A stretch of DNA of 63,289 bases, taken from contig MQRK01194420.1 of the NCBI GenBank assembly GCA_001938485.1, forward strand, positions 1 through 63,289, written 5' to 3'. The notes beneath the pieces were generated by a model. That model saw nothing but the letters and a program-made list of their open reading frames with translations, was not told the origin of the DNA and did no database searches. Origin of the DNA: Girardia tigrina. Its lineage: Eukaryota. Numbering within the stretch: the first letter of the stretch is position 1; each line of letters opens with the position of its first letter. The position numbers and the translations under genes were made by a program. Below, in pieces: positions 36,772 to 51,207 of the stretch.

Positions 36772-37215
36772 CACCCAGATGGAAAATTGATATTTTAGAT
36801 ATTCACGATAGATAATTATTCGAGTATAATTTACATTTTAAAGTACAGCATAAAATATTTAAAAACATTATAAATATTAAATCTTTTCAAATTTTCATAT
36901 TAAAATTTAAATAAAATAAATAGTTTTAACTAAGTTTTGAATTAAATAAATGTTCTTTCTTTCCATAAAATAATTTTTAAATAAAATTAATATGTAAATA
37001 AAATTGATACTAAAATTACAAAATTTGAACTTTAAAAACAAAATCTGAAAATAATGAAACATTTGTTCGAATAATTGTTTATTAACAAACATTAACTAAA
37101 AGTTATCAATTTAGAACGATGTCGAATTACGAAAGTTTTGCTGAGAGTTGTCCAAAAGACAATTCTGATTGTATTGAAAATAAAAGTTCGAAAACCCATG
37201 TTGGTGTTCTTAATA
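36766..37215 (+). mobile_element. LTR (5' end missing), same family as 45159-45709
   Basis: ttctcccacccagatgg...ggtgttcttaata. Confidence 0.85.
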
Positions 37216-39259
37216 CTGATGATGATCAAAATATATAAAATAATATTTTTTTAAAATTTACTTTTGTAAATATCTCTTCAAATAATATCAAATTATAAAA
37301 TAATATCAAATATCAAACAAATTATTCATCAGAAGAATTAAAAATTAAATTATTTAAATCAAATATAAAAACAAAAACATATGCGTCTTATTTGATTTAA
37401 TAAAAGACAAATCTAAGGAAAAAAGTAGTCCCATTTTTATCCATATCTCAAGATAATTACATCTGATTTTTGTCTCGAATCTAATCAAACCTGGGATACA
37501 AAAAGTAAATCACCAGTCAAGCATGGCAGATATATATGGAATCATAATTGAGTAAATTAAAAAAAGCTCATAACCAAAGTATAAATATTTTAATGTAAAG
37601 AACCTTTTTCTTTATACAATGCTTAAAATCACGAATTTTCAAGTTATCATATTGGTGTTTAATGATATTTTAATTTTAAAATTATTAAAATATGATTTTT
37701 TATTAAATATATCGACTAAAATTTTTTTTCTATTTTTAATCTATATTAAAAATTATTAAAAAAATGCAAAATATTTAAGTAATACTATTAAACAAATATT
37801 TACACAAAGTTCAATCTGAGAGTAATTATTTCCATTTAAGTAATATTACATTAATTAAAATACATTTTTAACACTCAAGAGATATTAATATTTGTTTTAA
37901 TGTATAATGACTAGCTTTATGTATTGAAGTGTAAATATCTTTACAAAATGTCAGGGGATATAAATGGAAATTATCATTCATCAAATAATTTAAAAACAAT
38001 ATTTGCTAACAATGAATTCAAAAATTATTTTTTATTTTTAATAAAATTTGCACCAATAATTTTAAGATAAATGATAAGATAATTAGTTGTATAAAGCACA
38101 AAACAAATAGTGAAGAAAAATATACAGATATAATAATAACGTTTAAATGAGCGAAGATATAATGGTATTCTTCTTATTTTTGTTTAAACTTAAACTTTTA
38201 AAATTCATTTTCTATTTTTCTTCCCGATTCCTGAGTAACCCAAAGAACCGAACGGGGGTTGAAGAAGTGTTTAAGGAAAATCAATGAAGGAGCTCGAATT
38301 CGGTGTACCGGGCCCATTGAGATATGATTTTATTTAGAATCAGAATAATTATTTTTTATAATTTCAGATTATTTTTTTATTAAAATATTCAAACGTTCCA
38401 ATTCAAAATTATATTTTGAATCGTCTTTTTCTTAAATTAAAAAAAACATACAACACTATTTTACTTCAAAATATATAAAAAATATATTCAGACTTATATA
38501 GACTTTTACTTCAATTCCATCAATCAGTTTTCAAACAACCCCTCCGCACCTGAGAAATAATCTAAATTATCAAAATAAATTGAGCGACAAAATAATATTG
38601 TCTTATAGAGTGATAAATTCACAATAAATCGTGACAATCGTTCTATCTTTTTCTACAATTTGAAATAATGAAAAACTTTAATTTGCAATCAATATAGAAT
38701 CAAGATAAATAAATCGTGGTAATTCAATAAAAAATTAAATTCGAACGAGAAGAAACAGTATTTTTTAAATCGGCAAATAAAATCAGAATATAATTTTTAA
38801 TTCAGGTAACAAATCGATTGTCTTTCTCCAAAACAATACAAGACAATAATTGGCTGGGCCAATCAGAGCGAGTTTTCAAATTTTCTCTCACTCGATTCGA
38901 CATTTTTCAGTTACACACATTTTCAACAAACAAAGAAACCATGGAAGCAAAAAGACAAACACATCAAGTCACAATGACTCATTATTTGAATATCCCCTTG
39001 GTTCATTTTTAAATGAACAACAATCATGTTCCAAATATTGAAATCGATTCAAAGCGAGGCAGATCAAAATTAACAATAATTGTCATTCAACGTTGATCTT
39101 TAATTTGAATTTGAGTTTTGAGATAAATGTTTCATCTTGTGGATGATGAGTTGGAAATAAATATAAATAGCAATGGATACTTATCTTTTTATTAAGTGTA
39201 TAACTTAGTTTTTTGGATTTTTTGCAGAACAGACAAGTTTATTTATATGACATAATAAG

Positions 39260-40050
39260 GCTTATTCTTATCAAAATATTTTCCATCGTTAATTATGACT
39301 TTCGACCATCTTTCAGGCAAATTATGAATTCCATCGAAAAAAAAGTTTTGGTCTTTTGATGCGATCCATTGTTTTAGCCATTTTTTTATATGTTACTGGT
39401 TTCTGAAGTGCTGGTCCCGAAGAGCGCTCTGCATTGATCGGAACAGATGATAATCTGATGGGGCACAATCTGGTAAATAGGCAGCACGCGGTAGAATTTC
39501 CCATTTAAGTGCTTCCAACGTGTTTTCTACTTGTTTCGCGACATGTGGCCGAGCATTTTCATGGAGCAAAATCACTGTGTGCTGTTTGTTAGATGGAATA
39601 GTACGTTTTTCCTTCAATGCATCGTTCAATTTCATTAACTGTTGTTGGTAACGTTCTGCATTAACAGTTTCATTCGAATTCAGCAGCTCATAGTACAGTA
39701 TACCTTTCTGATCCCACCAAATGCACAACATAACCTTGCTTCCATGAATGTTTCTTTTTACTGTTGACGTGGACGGTTCGCCGGGATGAACCCACGATTT
39801 CTTGCTTTTAGAGTTAACATAATAAATCCATTTTTCATCTCCAGTCACCATAATATGCAAAAACGACCATCTTCGTTGTCTTGTAAGCAATGAATTGAAT
39901 ATCAGTAATCGACTTTCAATGTTGGCTTGATTCAATTCATGTGGTATCCATTTTCCTTCTTTTTGAATCATTTTCATAGCATGTAGACGTTTACTTATGG
40001 CTGCTTGAATAACATTTAACTGTTTTGCAAGCTCTGGGATCTTATTATTT
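39260..40050 (-). mobile_element. Truncated mariner transposase
   Basis: ORF 39393-40073: WIPHEL, VTGDEKW, LLHENARPH, YLPDCAPSDYHLF. Confidence 0.9.
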
Positions 40051-40424
40051 CTACTGCGCACCTCTACTACCACCGTCCGGTCTTCGAGAAAACTTCATGA
40101 GTAGGCGGAACAATATTTATTGTTAATATTATTCTTATATTCATCATTATCAATAAAGTGTTAGTTAGATCATTCTACAATAGTTTACAATAAATCGTCC
40201 AACTTTTTTCATATGTATTCAGATTCTTCATAATCACACAAAAAGACCGATTATATTAAATGACTTATAAAGAATTACTATAAATAAATGACTGATTATA
40301 TTACATTCACTTTCAACTATGAAAGCCACATTTAAATGTAACTTAAATTGATGTTACAAACACAACTAAAAATTTGTATTTTCTTTCTATTTAAAAATTG
40401 TAATTGCGTTAAATTGGTTTTTTT

Positions 40425-40681
40425 CAGGGCTGCGGAGTCGGAGTCGGAGTTTACGGATTTTTGTGGACGTTGGAGTCGAAGGTTCAGTTGAAGTCAGAGT
40501 TGGAGTCTAAGTTTGAGTAGTGAAACTCGACTCCGAACAAAATAATAAAAAATATTATAAATTGACCTAAAAAGGAGTCGTAGTTGCAGTTGGAGTCGAA
40601 GGCTGAATCGAAGTTTGAGTCGGACATTTTAAAAATACAGGAGTTGGAGTGGAGCAGTTTTAGTCCGACTCCGCAGCCCTG
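40425..40681. mobile_element. hAT-type MITE with GGAGTC repeats
   Basis: Perfect TIR CAGGGCTGCGGAGTCGG; T-rich ~8-bp flanks. Confidence 0.85.
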
Positions 40682-41912
40682 TTTTTTTTTCAGGAAGTAG
40701 TAACTCGTTATTTTAGACATTTGAATTTTTCATATCTAATTATTGATATATAATTTAATTTAATATTTTAATTTAAAAAAAATTAAGAAACTTGATTAAA
40801 ATTAAGAAATAAGGTTGTAAATACACCTCGAAAATATATTTTCCAGTTGAAATTTAATCAAATCAAAGTTGAGGAACCCATTTTTTTATATGTTTTATTT
40901 AGATTTAACATCTATTTAAATCTATAAAAAAGATTTAGCTGAAAAAAGTGAACAATCATAGTGTTTTTTATCGATATTTTTATAATTTGCAAAAGGAATA
41001 TTGTGGATAAGAGTATAAACGGATGAATGGAATAAAACACAGACGCGGGGATCTGAATGGGTCACATAGACGAGTTTTATGAGATCAAAGCTTTTGACAA
41101 AAAGAAAGTGATTCAAAATATTCAAGATAAAGTGCAGGATAAAGACATCGTTAAATCAACAAGGAAAAAAACCACAATACACAGAGAATAAACAATAACA
41201 AAAATAAATAATTATTTATTCTTTTGAATTAAAGAAAAGAAAATATTTTTTTAATTTTTAATTAGAATTTCCATTCCATCAGAGATAATTTGAACAAGTA
41301 CCAATATGATATTCTAATTTATATTAACCCGGTCTTCATAAATCACGACCCGTTTGATGATAAAATCGTATGGGATAATTACCCGGTTTAAATCTAATCG
41401 CTGGGTCTCTAATCTAATTAACAAAAGCAATCAAAAAAAATAAAGAGTATTCGTTTTTTTCCCTTATGAAATTGATGTTTGACCACTTAGAAAATATTTA
41501 ATGTTCTGTTTTTATGTCACAAATACAAATGAAAATTTATTATTTTATTATATTTATTTATATTTGGATTTTTTTTGTTTTCAATGAATAATTTATTTCC
41601 TTTGAGAATTTGAAAAAAAAATTGAAAATCATAAATCATTTTCAGACATGTTAACTCTTTAAACCAGATTTTATTCAATACTAAAAATAATAAAAGCCGG
41701 CCGAACTCAAATTTTAAAAATCGTTTTTATTTGGAATTTTGTTACAACAATTTAAAATTAACTGCGTAGAAAAAAAAAGAAAAAATAATTATATTTTATT
41801 GAATTTTTTTTTCGTTTTTTAAAACAAATTTAATTAATTTTCTAAAACATATCAAAAAATTACAGAAATTTAAGAAATTAAAAAATCATTTTCAAGTTTT
41901 GCGATTCATTTA

Positions 41913-42012
41913 TTGGGTGTACAACTAATTAGTTTCGTATTTTTTTGTTAAAAAACCATTTATTTAAGTATAAAAGTGAAAAAAATACGAAATTAATTAG
42001 TTGTACACCTAA
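41913..42012. mobile_element. 100-bp mariner-derived mini-MITE
   Basis: ~35-bp inverted repeats tt(g/a)ggtgtacaactaatta, TA TSDs. Confidence 0.85.
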
Positions 42013-42689
42013 TACAAATTATTTTTAAAATAAATAAATATAAATACTTATTGAAATAAAAAAAATAAAAATGATAGAAAATTGCATTATTTTATTAATT
42101 ATAAATAATAAATATGATTACACAAATTTCTGTTTAATTTATATTGTAATTATGTTTTAATTAAATATAAAATCTACAAAAACACAAATTAGAAAATGGA
42201 AATATTTTCTTTAAACACCGTTTAAAAAATTTGCAAAATAAATTATTTAAGTCAAAAATTAAATCATCTTAAATGAGTTGATAAATGTGTAAATATTAGA
42301 AAGATAATTTTCAAAACAAATTATTATCATTTTTTGTAATTTAATGAAGTGCAAATAGAACAAAAATAATTTATTTCAATATTATTAATTAAAAATTTAA
42401 TTTAAAGTGAAAATAGTAAAAATTTTAATTTTCAACTAAAAACAATAATTCCATGATATATTTAAAAAATATACAACAGTATTTTTATTAAATCTCCATG
42501 TCAGCCATGTAAATATCACCAACAACTTTACTTTGTATTTTCGCAACAAAGTTCGTGCGCATTCCTGGAGTCCATCAATTCCTCAAGAGCACAAAGACGA
42601 TACTGTAACACTTTTAGTTTGATCGTAAGATTTCAAATAATAAACATTTCTATAATATTAAATTTAATAAGTAGCTTAATATAATTTAA

Positions 42690-43688
42690 CCCTTTCCAAC
42701 CCATTGTTGCTGTGAAGGATTCATGTGAAAAGCTCATTCTTTAAATTTTTGAATAAATAATTTTTATAAATAATATTTGAAATAAGTAAATATTTAAAAT
42801 CAAATTTTAAATCAAAAAAATATATATATAAATACAAGGATAAAATAAGTTGTAATAATTTTAAAAGATATTCTAAATAGTTTTGTAAAAAAAATTTATT
42901 TAAGTATTTTATCATTAACGTATCGTAATAATAATAAAATTTGTAAATTACTGTAAAATACTATAAATTATTTTTTGGTATTTAAATTGTATGGTATTTA
43001 AAATAATTGTAGATAAAAATGTTTTTAAATATTAATAATAAAATTTTTAATATTGAAAAAAATAAAATGTTAAAATCTTTATTAATTACAAATGTTTCAC
43101 AAAAAAAAGAGTAATAACATTAAACTAATTCTAAAATAATAAAAAATCATTAAAGTTTATTTAGTAAAAATATGACAACAAAATTTTGTTGGTTTTAATT
43201 TAAAAATAAGGAATGTAAATTTTCAAATAAATAGAATTAAATTTTAAATCACTTATCAGTTATTTATATTTATAATTTCATAATTTTATATAAGAATCTG
43301 GTCATAAAGAAAACGATAGAAAAGTTCCTCTACAAATTTTTTTTATTAAAAACAACAATTTTTATTACAACAAAAATTGTTAACTAAAAATTGTTTGAAT
43401 AATTGTTAATTGTGTTATTAATAAATTTTTGGTGTTAATGAATTCTAATATTGATCAAGAACCCAACAATTGCCATATGGCAACATATTTGAAAAATTAA
43501 ATTACAGTTATCTCTTTTACCCAATTTAAATTTTACACATAGTAATAGTTTCTAAAAAGTCTAATAGATGACACTACATATATATTAGAATGTAAAAAAG
43601 CGCGATTTTCACTTGTTTCTTAGTAATTTATATCAACATTGTAATATTTAAATCAACATTCAAGAATAATAATTTGGGCTGGAAAGTG
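42690..43688. mobile_element. Non-autonomous piggyBac-like element
   Basis: TTAA-ccctttccaaccca ... tgggctggaaagtg-TTAA (12/14 TIR match). Confidence 0.6.
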
Positions 43689-43907
43689 TTAAATAAAAAA
43701 TAAATGTAAAATTAAAAAACGAATTAAAGATTTCTAAATTAAGAAATAAAGAAAATTTATCGAAAAAATTTCGAAGAATTTAACTCGAAAGATTTGAATT
43801 GATAGAGACGTTATTTTATATTGAAAACATCGATTTGAAATCCTTAAAAGTTTTAATCGAAAAAAAAAGAATTATCATCTTTATTAAAATCAATTCTTCA
43901 TTACAAT

Positions 43908-44288
43908 CAATGGGCCCAGAATACCGACATTGAGAATGAACCGCTGCGCGATGAAACTACCTCAGTCCGATTCTCGGGATGACCTGAGGGTCAGGCGGAA
44001 TACTCAGGCATAATGGAGATATTTATCTTTAAAGTAGAATCCGGAGAATAGGAAGAGAGACCAAGTATAGAATTCCAAATAAAGAATATGAATGTACTAT
44101 GTCTATTAGGCACGGGAGCACGAGTCAACGAAAATAAATCAGAAGTACTGAGAAATAGGGTAAATATCAAGATAAAAGAAACAAAAAGGCGTATAGATTG
44201 TTTTAACGACTCGAGACTTGACAATTATGGAAGGGTACAACTAAAGATTAAGATTGAAAAAAAATACAGAAAACAGTATTTTTTGTGA
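43908..44288 (+). pseudogene. Gypsy aspartic protease remnant
   Basis: RPSIEFQIKNMNVLCLLGTGARVN (LLDTGA with D>G). Confidence 0.7.
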
Positions 44289-45024
44289 TAAAAAATTTAA
44301 ACCCGAAATGATTAAAGTGACAAATTGTGGGGGGAAAATTTTCCAGATCCCTTCAAAACATTTTTATTTAAAAGATTAACTTAATGATTTTTATTTTACA
44401 AATTTAAACTTGATCGAATCAATAGTTTCATTCAAAGTTTTACCTAAGAAATATTTCAATAACTTTTATTTTACAAACTTTTATTTAATAAATTTCAAAA
44501 ATTTAATTTATAGTAAAGCAAAATTTATTTTTAATTTTTTTTATTTTTAGAGTTCTAAAGAGAAAAATATGAATTTTAACAAAGTGAATAAAGTTAAAGA
44601 TTAAAAAGAAATTAATTATTATATAGCTAATAAGGATTAAAAATCATTGTAATAAAAAATATATAAAATCTTTGGTTATCAAGAGGATCTGAAAAAGTTT
44701 AATTTGGCTATCAATAATCCAAAAATCCCTATTTTAAATATAAATTTTGGAATTTCAGATTTTCAATCCCCATTGCAATTGTCAATCCAAAACTTTTAAA
44801 TAAACTAATCCTAAAAAAATAATCCCGAAAATTTAGCAAATCGTTTTGTCTTATCTAAGTCATTTGCTAACATAACGTAAGCTGAAATAATTTATATTTG
44901 TTAAATAATACTTTGACTGTCTCTCCCTCTTTCATTTTCCCTCTTTTTACCTTGATTCCATGGATGACAAACTTGTATAACTTAATTGGGTTTGATTTTT
45001 GGAATATGAAAATTCTTTTTTGAT

Positions 45025-45063
45025 GATTTGACGATGACGGTTATAACATCAAAATTAAATGTC
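45025..45063 (+). ncRNA. Degenerate hammerhead relic (61433 family)
   Basis: gat-TTGACGA-T-gacggt-tat-aacatc-AAAA-TTAA-AT-GTC. Confidence 0.4.
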
Positions 45064-45158
45064 TTTCATAATAAATATTTTATAAGTTAATTGTTTGACT
45101 TTGCTTGGTCTTTTTAATTATTTGAAACATTATTATTGTAATAATTTCAAATATTCCT

Positions 45159-45709
45159 TATTAAGAACACCAACATGGCTTTTCAAACTTTTATTTTCAT
45201 TACAATCTGAATTGTCTTTTGGACAACTCTCAGCGAAACTCTCGTCTTTCGACATCGTTCTAAATTGATAATTTTTTATTAATGTTTTTTAATAAACAAT
45301 TATTCGAACAAATTTTTCATTATTTTCTGATTTTATTTTTAAAATTCAATTTTGTAGTTTTAGTATTAATTTTTATTTACATATTAATTTTATTTAAGAA
45401 TTATTTTATGTAAAGAAATAATATTTAATTAATTCAAAACTTAGTTAAAACTATTTATTTTATTTAAATTTTAATATGAAGATTTGAAAAGATTTAATAT
45501 TTTTAATGTTTTTAAATATCTTATGTTGTACTTTAAAATATAAATTAAAATTTAAATTATATAAATTATACTCGAATAATTATTTATTGCGAACATCTAA
45601 AATATCAATTTTCCATCTGGGTGGGAGAAACACATTTCCAAATACTAAACTCAACATACAAAATTCAACAAACCAATTTCAACATACCAAATTTAAAATA
45701 TTCCTCACA
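45159..45709 (-). mobile_element. Solo LTR, TG...TA termini, 5-bp TSD TTCCT
   Basis: ttcct at 45154-45158 and 45710-45714. Confidence 0.92.
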
Positions 45710-46275
45710 TTCCTGAAAACATTTATTGATTCCTCATTTGATTTAAGATTTCTATGATGAAAAATAAAATTCAAAACCAATTATAATAATTTATTTTATA
45801 ATTACCGTGATAAGGAAAACTAACAATTAATAATCCTTAGTTTTGTTTAAAGGCACGGGAGAACTTCAAAATCGTATATTTGTGGATTTCTAAGCTTGGG
45901 TGTTTTTTTCCATAGTCAATCAATGGTCTGTTAATAAATATTATTCCTCGACCGTGCCTTCACCCTCCGCTTGAGTCCTCATCATTATTTGAGTTCTTTT
46001 GCGAATCGACTGATCGACACATTTGATATACCTGCCACTCGCGATGGACTCAAGCATCGATATTGTTGTAATCGTGTCTAGTTTGTTCGTGCTGTCTTAT
46101 GAAACCATATTCAATGCCGATTTAGTTACTCTTTGCCGATTTTTTGATCATGAAATTTATCTTTTTACAAATAAATTTTGTTAATAACACGATAAATCAA
46201 AGTTTTATTTTTAATTCCTTCAAAATATTCTTAAAAAAACAATCACTGATGCACTAAAAAATCACAATTAATATA

Positions 46276-48327
46276 TTTAATTTAATTTAATCGCACCGCT
46301 TAGGTGTAGATATATCTAATGCAAAGCATCGACATTTGCATGAAGATGACTCGATAACTGACTAGTGGCTTGTGCCTCTGCCTTCACTTCGTCACGGCGA
46401 AGAGTTACACTCTCTTGCAGGGTGGAACTAGGGGTTTTTGACTGCGTGTTGTTAAGCAGTGCCGTCTATGATGATTTCCTCATTGGAAATGTATAGAAGG
46501 TGTAGGCTGAAGTTCGTGGCGCATATTTCAATGTTTCGTTTTGCGACTCTTGTGGCGTATGTTTTAACTTAATCGTCATTCCATCCAATGGCGTGAAGGA
46601 GGGAATTGTTGTTTGTATGCCATCTTCCTAGACTTCCTATGACGAACAGGAAAATTGTGACTTCGTCCCTATTGTGATGACGTTCTAGGAGATCCATTTA
46701 AACATCAAGGTAGTGGTCGCAGGCTCTTGTGTCTGCGTCCCAGGGGATTTCTACTTCGATTATCCATGCGTTGGGTCCAAGGTTGACGTAGATGTCCATG
46801 ATTTTCCATTTGCCGTCCGGGAGGGTGTGTGATCTTTTGGTGAAGACGGTGTCGTCGCCGAATCTTTTGCGTAAGAACTTAGCTAGGTCGTATTTAATCT
46901 TGTTATGTTTGGACCTGGCGAAATCGATGGACTGGTTACATCCATTGATTATTTGGCTGGAGGTTTCTGGGTGCTTTCCACATTTTCTGCAGAGGTTGGT
47001 GATTTTTGTGTAGAAAAGGTGGCTGTGGTAATTGCAAGAGAGGAGATCTAGTCGGGCTTTGAGGATTAAGTACCAGCCTTCAAAGTGATCCATCCTCTCA
47101 TGATTGACTTGTTTAGGTTTTCGTTGCTGATGCATACGTCGAAGGTGTCTGTTAGTCTCTTATCTTGAAGTAATATGAGTCTGTGGGCTTGGTTTATGTA
47201 GTTGAACTAGATAGAGGAGATTGCAGCTTCGTTGGAGGCGTTGACGAAAGCTGTTTTTTTGCCAAAAGGATGGATAGGTTCAATCTATTGCTGCCAGCTA
47301 CCCAGTTGAGTTTTACGTCGATATTTAGTTACTTTTTCAACATGCTTCTGGCGATAGTGAATTTGGACCATTGGCATGTCGCTTTGTTGTATGATTTTGG
47401 TTCGTTACTATTTAGATTGAGGAAGATGTTTGGAATGTCGGTTGGTTGGTCATGATATGAGTAGAATTTGCAGAAGTTGGCAAAAACAGCTTCTTTTAGT
47501 TTAGGGTCTTTAGAGTTGGCGAGACGATAAATGTACATGATTGATTGGACTGCATATTCATCTTCTATTCTTTTGAGTCCAGCTTCTACTTCGGCTGTTG
47601 TGGTGTAAAAGAAGTGGTCGCTGGTGTTGAGAGGAATTTTCATAAATTTCTGTACTTGCGTTCTAATTCTGATGTCGAAGGCGAGGGCTTAGTCTTTGTT
47701 GCTGGAGAAATTTTTCATTGAGATTTTGTTAGACCAGAGGTGGAAAGGTAGTTTGGTGTGTAAGAAAAGTTTGTATGCGATGAATTTCTGTCTGGAATGT
47801 AGGTCGGATTTTTCGACTTTCTTTAGACAGTCGAGCATTTCATCGAATTTGGATCTCGGATTCATGTATTGATTGTGGTTGACTGGGGATCCAAGGAATT
47901 TGATCGGATTTTTGTTGTTGACAAATGGAATCGGGGGAGCCGTTAATGGAGAATTTGTTGTGGCGATTTTTGCTGATTGCCGGTACAGTTAAGAATTCAC
48001 ATTTAGCTGGTTGGAGGTGGAGATCTGGTTTCTCAGCAAGTGAGGATGTAACATTTATCATGCTCTGTAGGTTATGTTGATTGTTTGCGTTTATGTAAAT
48101 GCAAAAGAGATGTGATGATAACGCGAATTCTTGTTTGATCCTTTATTGATCTTTATAGTGCCAATGTTTCTGCCTTCGATTTGTACATCGGTAGTGTTGC
48201 CTTTGTAGAATCTTCTCAGGAGGTTTAGAAGCTTCGGTTCGATACCTAAATGATGCATTATTCTGAAGAGTAAGTTGTGCTGGATGCCTCCGCAGGCATC
48301 TTTGATATCTCCGAAGAAGAAAAAGGC
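46276..48327 (-). mobile_element. 5'-truncated RLE-type non-LTR retrotransposon (R2/NeSL-like group)
   Basis: RT remnant (F.DIKDA..GIQH), CRKCGKHPETSSQIINGC knuckle, SKHNKI, MDI...IIEVEIPWD endonuclease motifs, structured 3' UTR and (TTAAA)n tail. Confidence 0.85.
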
Positions 48328-49135
48328 CTGTATTCTACAAGGCAACCGCTGACCGATATCTCGACTGCAGCTACCACATGTGGTCAATATACTTTCGAGG
48401 TAACAGAACTCGCCCAACCCATTCTATGAATTTGTCACCACACAACACTTGTGATATTCAAAGTTCCCGAGTCATCAGTTAGGCACATGACTTTAGTCTT
48501 AGATGCACTAATAGTCAACCCGAATTCTGAAAATATGCTTCGAAATATATTCAATTTTTGACAATCACGATCAATATCAGAGTCTAGGATTCATAGCTCA
48601 TCCGCATAAGCAAATCTATTGACTTGATATTCGTCAGCATGCTCGTCGATCAGGGTAATTCATCCCCCGAATTCTTTCAGTATCGCCGTTTTGATAACTT
48701 CATCGAAGACCAAGTTAAAAAGACAAGGTCCCATCACACATCCCTGTCTGACACATCTTTCCGTGAGAAACTCACAATCCCCTATAGAGGCATGGATTTC
48801 CTCGATCAGGTAGAGAATCTTGTCGGCCAAGCCGAATCTTTTCAGGCAGTCCCACAGAACTTCACATGGGACACTATCGAATGCCTTTTCCAAATCAATG
48901 AATATCACAAATACCTTCTGATACTTATATCGAACTTCTTTCTGTATCCAACTGAGTATATTTATAGCTTGCATAGAACCTCTTTTCGGCCGAAAACCAA
49001 ACTGCCAAGGGTCTAACCTTTCTTTCATCAACGGCGCAATTCTATTTACAATTATTCGTGCAAAAACTTTGCCGGTGACTTCCAAGAGGATCCCTCTATA
49101 ATTATTCGGATCAGACCTTGCACCCTTTTACTCTG
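48328..49135 (-). pseudogene. RTE-like LINE reverse transcriptase fragment
   Basis: KGARSDPNNYRGI.LLEVTGKVFARI, QFGFRPKRGS, FIDLEKAFDSV, VRQGCVMGPCLFN, AYAD, FCYLESIL. Confidence 0.9.
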
Positions 49136-49169
49136 AAGAGTGCTACCACTTTTGCACTCATCTAAGCCT

Positions 49170-49408
49170 AACATTAGTTTTTAAAATATATTAAATTCAA
49201 CAAGTTAAATAGTTTACTAAAAATATTATTAAAATTTATAATTATAAAAATTTTAATTAATTAGTATTTAAATATTAATCTCATTAAATTAATTGCATTA
49301 AATTCAAATAATCAATCAATAACATATCAATCCGATCTGAGTAGAAGAGTCAAAAGTCTAAACAGCATACAAACAACAAACTTACAAAATTCAGAATATT
49401 CCCTCAAA
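49170..49408 (-). mobile_element. LTR 5' fragment (18369/57649 family)
   Basis: Homologous sequence including atctgagtag(a/g)agagtca. Confidence 0.75.
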
Positions 49409-51004
49409 TCGCTTATAGAGTTGAGCCGGCTCACTGCAACATTATCCTGTGGAAGGGCGCTGCTATGGACCCCAGTGCTCTGATACCCCTCATCAAAACA
49501 TAACTACTGTATCTTATTAAATCCCCTTTTCAGAAAATGCACCATTAGTTTCCATTGATAATCATCTCACTGATAATCAAGATATTTTACAAAATCAAGG
49601 TTTTTAAAAAAATTTGTGATTTTTTTTCATTTTAAAATGTTACTATTGATTAAGACATGACATTTAACATTGTTTTTCTTTGTTTTTACGTTTACAAGTC
49701 TTTTAGGCTACATTAAAAATCTTATAAAACACGTTGAGAAGGTTTAAAAAATTGTAGTAAATATCACTATCAACATTTTCAAAAACTATTATCTTCTTTA
49801 TAGACTCTCTTTTTTTAACATTTTGAGTTTCATGTTAACCAGAATTCAAGCATTGCTTATTGTTATTAATGTTTTATAATAAACTCACATTTCATCCTTC
49901 TGTTACTATGTGCCCCCAAAAAGTTTTTTACAAATTACTAATCTGTTTTCTTCTTGCTTTTCTCCTCGCAATCAATTTGATATTTCCTTTTTTCGTTTTT
50001 ACAATAGAATGAATTATTATTTAGAATTAGAATATATCCATTTAGGGGCACATTCTGCTAACGTGCAAGGAAGAATATGATCCCGAGAGTATTTATATAA
50101 AATTTACAGTTTATAACTGATATATTTTTTTTTTTTTTCAGTATCTCAGGCAAATAATTTTTGATATTTTATAGATAAATATTTGATTATATTTTCCAAT
50201 AAAAGCAAAAAGATTTTCTAAAGATCGCAATTTTGAATTTATATTTCTTTCTTTTGAAATATCTCTTTGAGAAAATTTCTTGTCATTTATATTATTTCTT
50301 TGTGTTTTTGTTTTATAAAATAGATTATTAAATATAACAAATTCAAACAATACAATTCATTATTTTGAAAAATACTATTTGGATTTACAAAAGAAATAAT
50401 ACAATTGCATTATTAAATACGAACTTGTAATTTTCTAAATTATTAAAACAATTGTTTTATTTCTATTAAAATTTGTCTATTTAAATAATTTCTTAATATT
50501 TTACTTATATTTGTTAAAAAAGGATTATGAAAGAAACATTAATGAAATACACAATCTTTTTAATAGTGCCTGCAGAAGTATTACAAGTTTCTCTTTTATT
50601 AATTTATGTAAAAATTTTAATTAAATATTTATGCCGATTTTATGTACATTTTAATGAGAAAAATAATGAATATGTCTTTTTTATATTAATTTAAATAGTT
50701 TTAATGCTTTTTGAGTTTTTATAGTTTAGAATAATGATTAGAATTGTAGTTACTTCATTTTAACATATAGTTTATTGTACTATATTTTTATTATTATATT
50801 ATTTATAATTATAATATAAAAATGATTGAAATTTGTAGAGATACACATGGGTCATAACTCATTTTTGAATTTTTAATTAAATAATATATTTATTTATACT
50901 TATGATACATACCTTGAAATCTGCCTTAAAAAACCCCTCTGCTTATAAGACACCATCTTAAATTTTAATGCAAAAAATAGGAGTTATAAATTTTCAGAGT
51001 ATAC

Positions 51005-51207
51005 GAATTATTTAATGAATTTTAAAATTTAAATAACCAACTTTAAAATTAAATTTATTTAAATCATAAGACGTTAAAAAATATAATTATAAATTTATCA
51101 ATCAGGAACGATGACTAGCTACGCAAGTTTTGTGGAGAATTGCCATAGTTAAAATTCAAGTTGTGATATCAATCAGTGTATTTAAAATTAAATTTGTGTT
51201 CTTAATA
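51005..51207 (+). mobile_element. LTR 3' fragment
   Basis: gaacgATGactagctacgca...gtgttcttaata. Confidence 0.75.

Noticed and set aside
40425-40681. GGAGTC repeats as a CRISPR-like array
   Set aside because: Short internal repeats bounded by TIRs; eukaryotic MITE without unique spacers.
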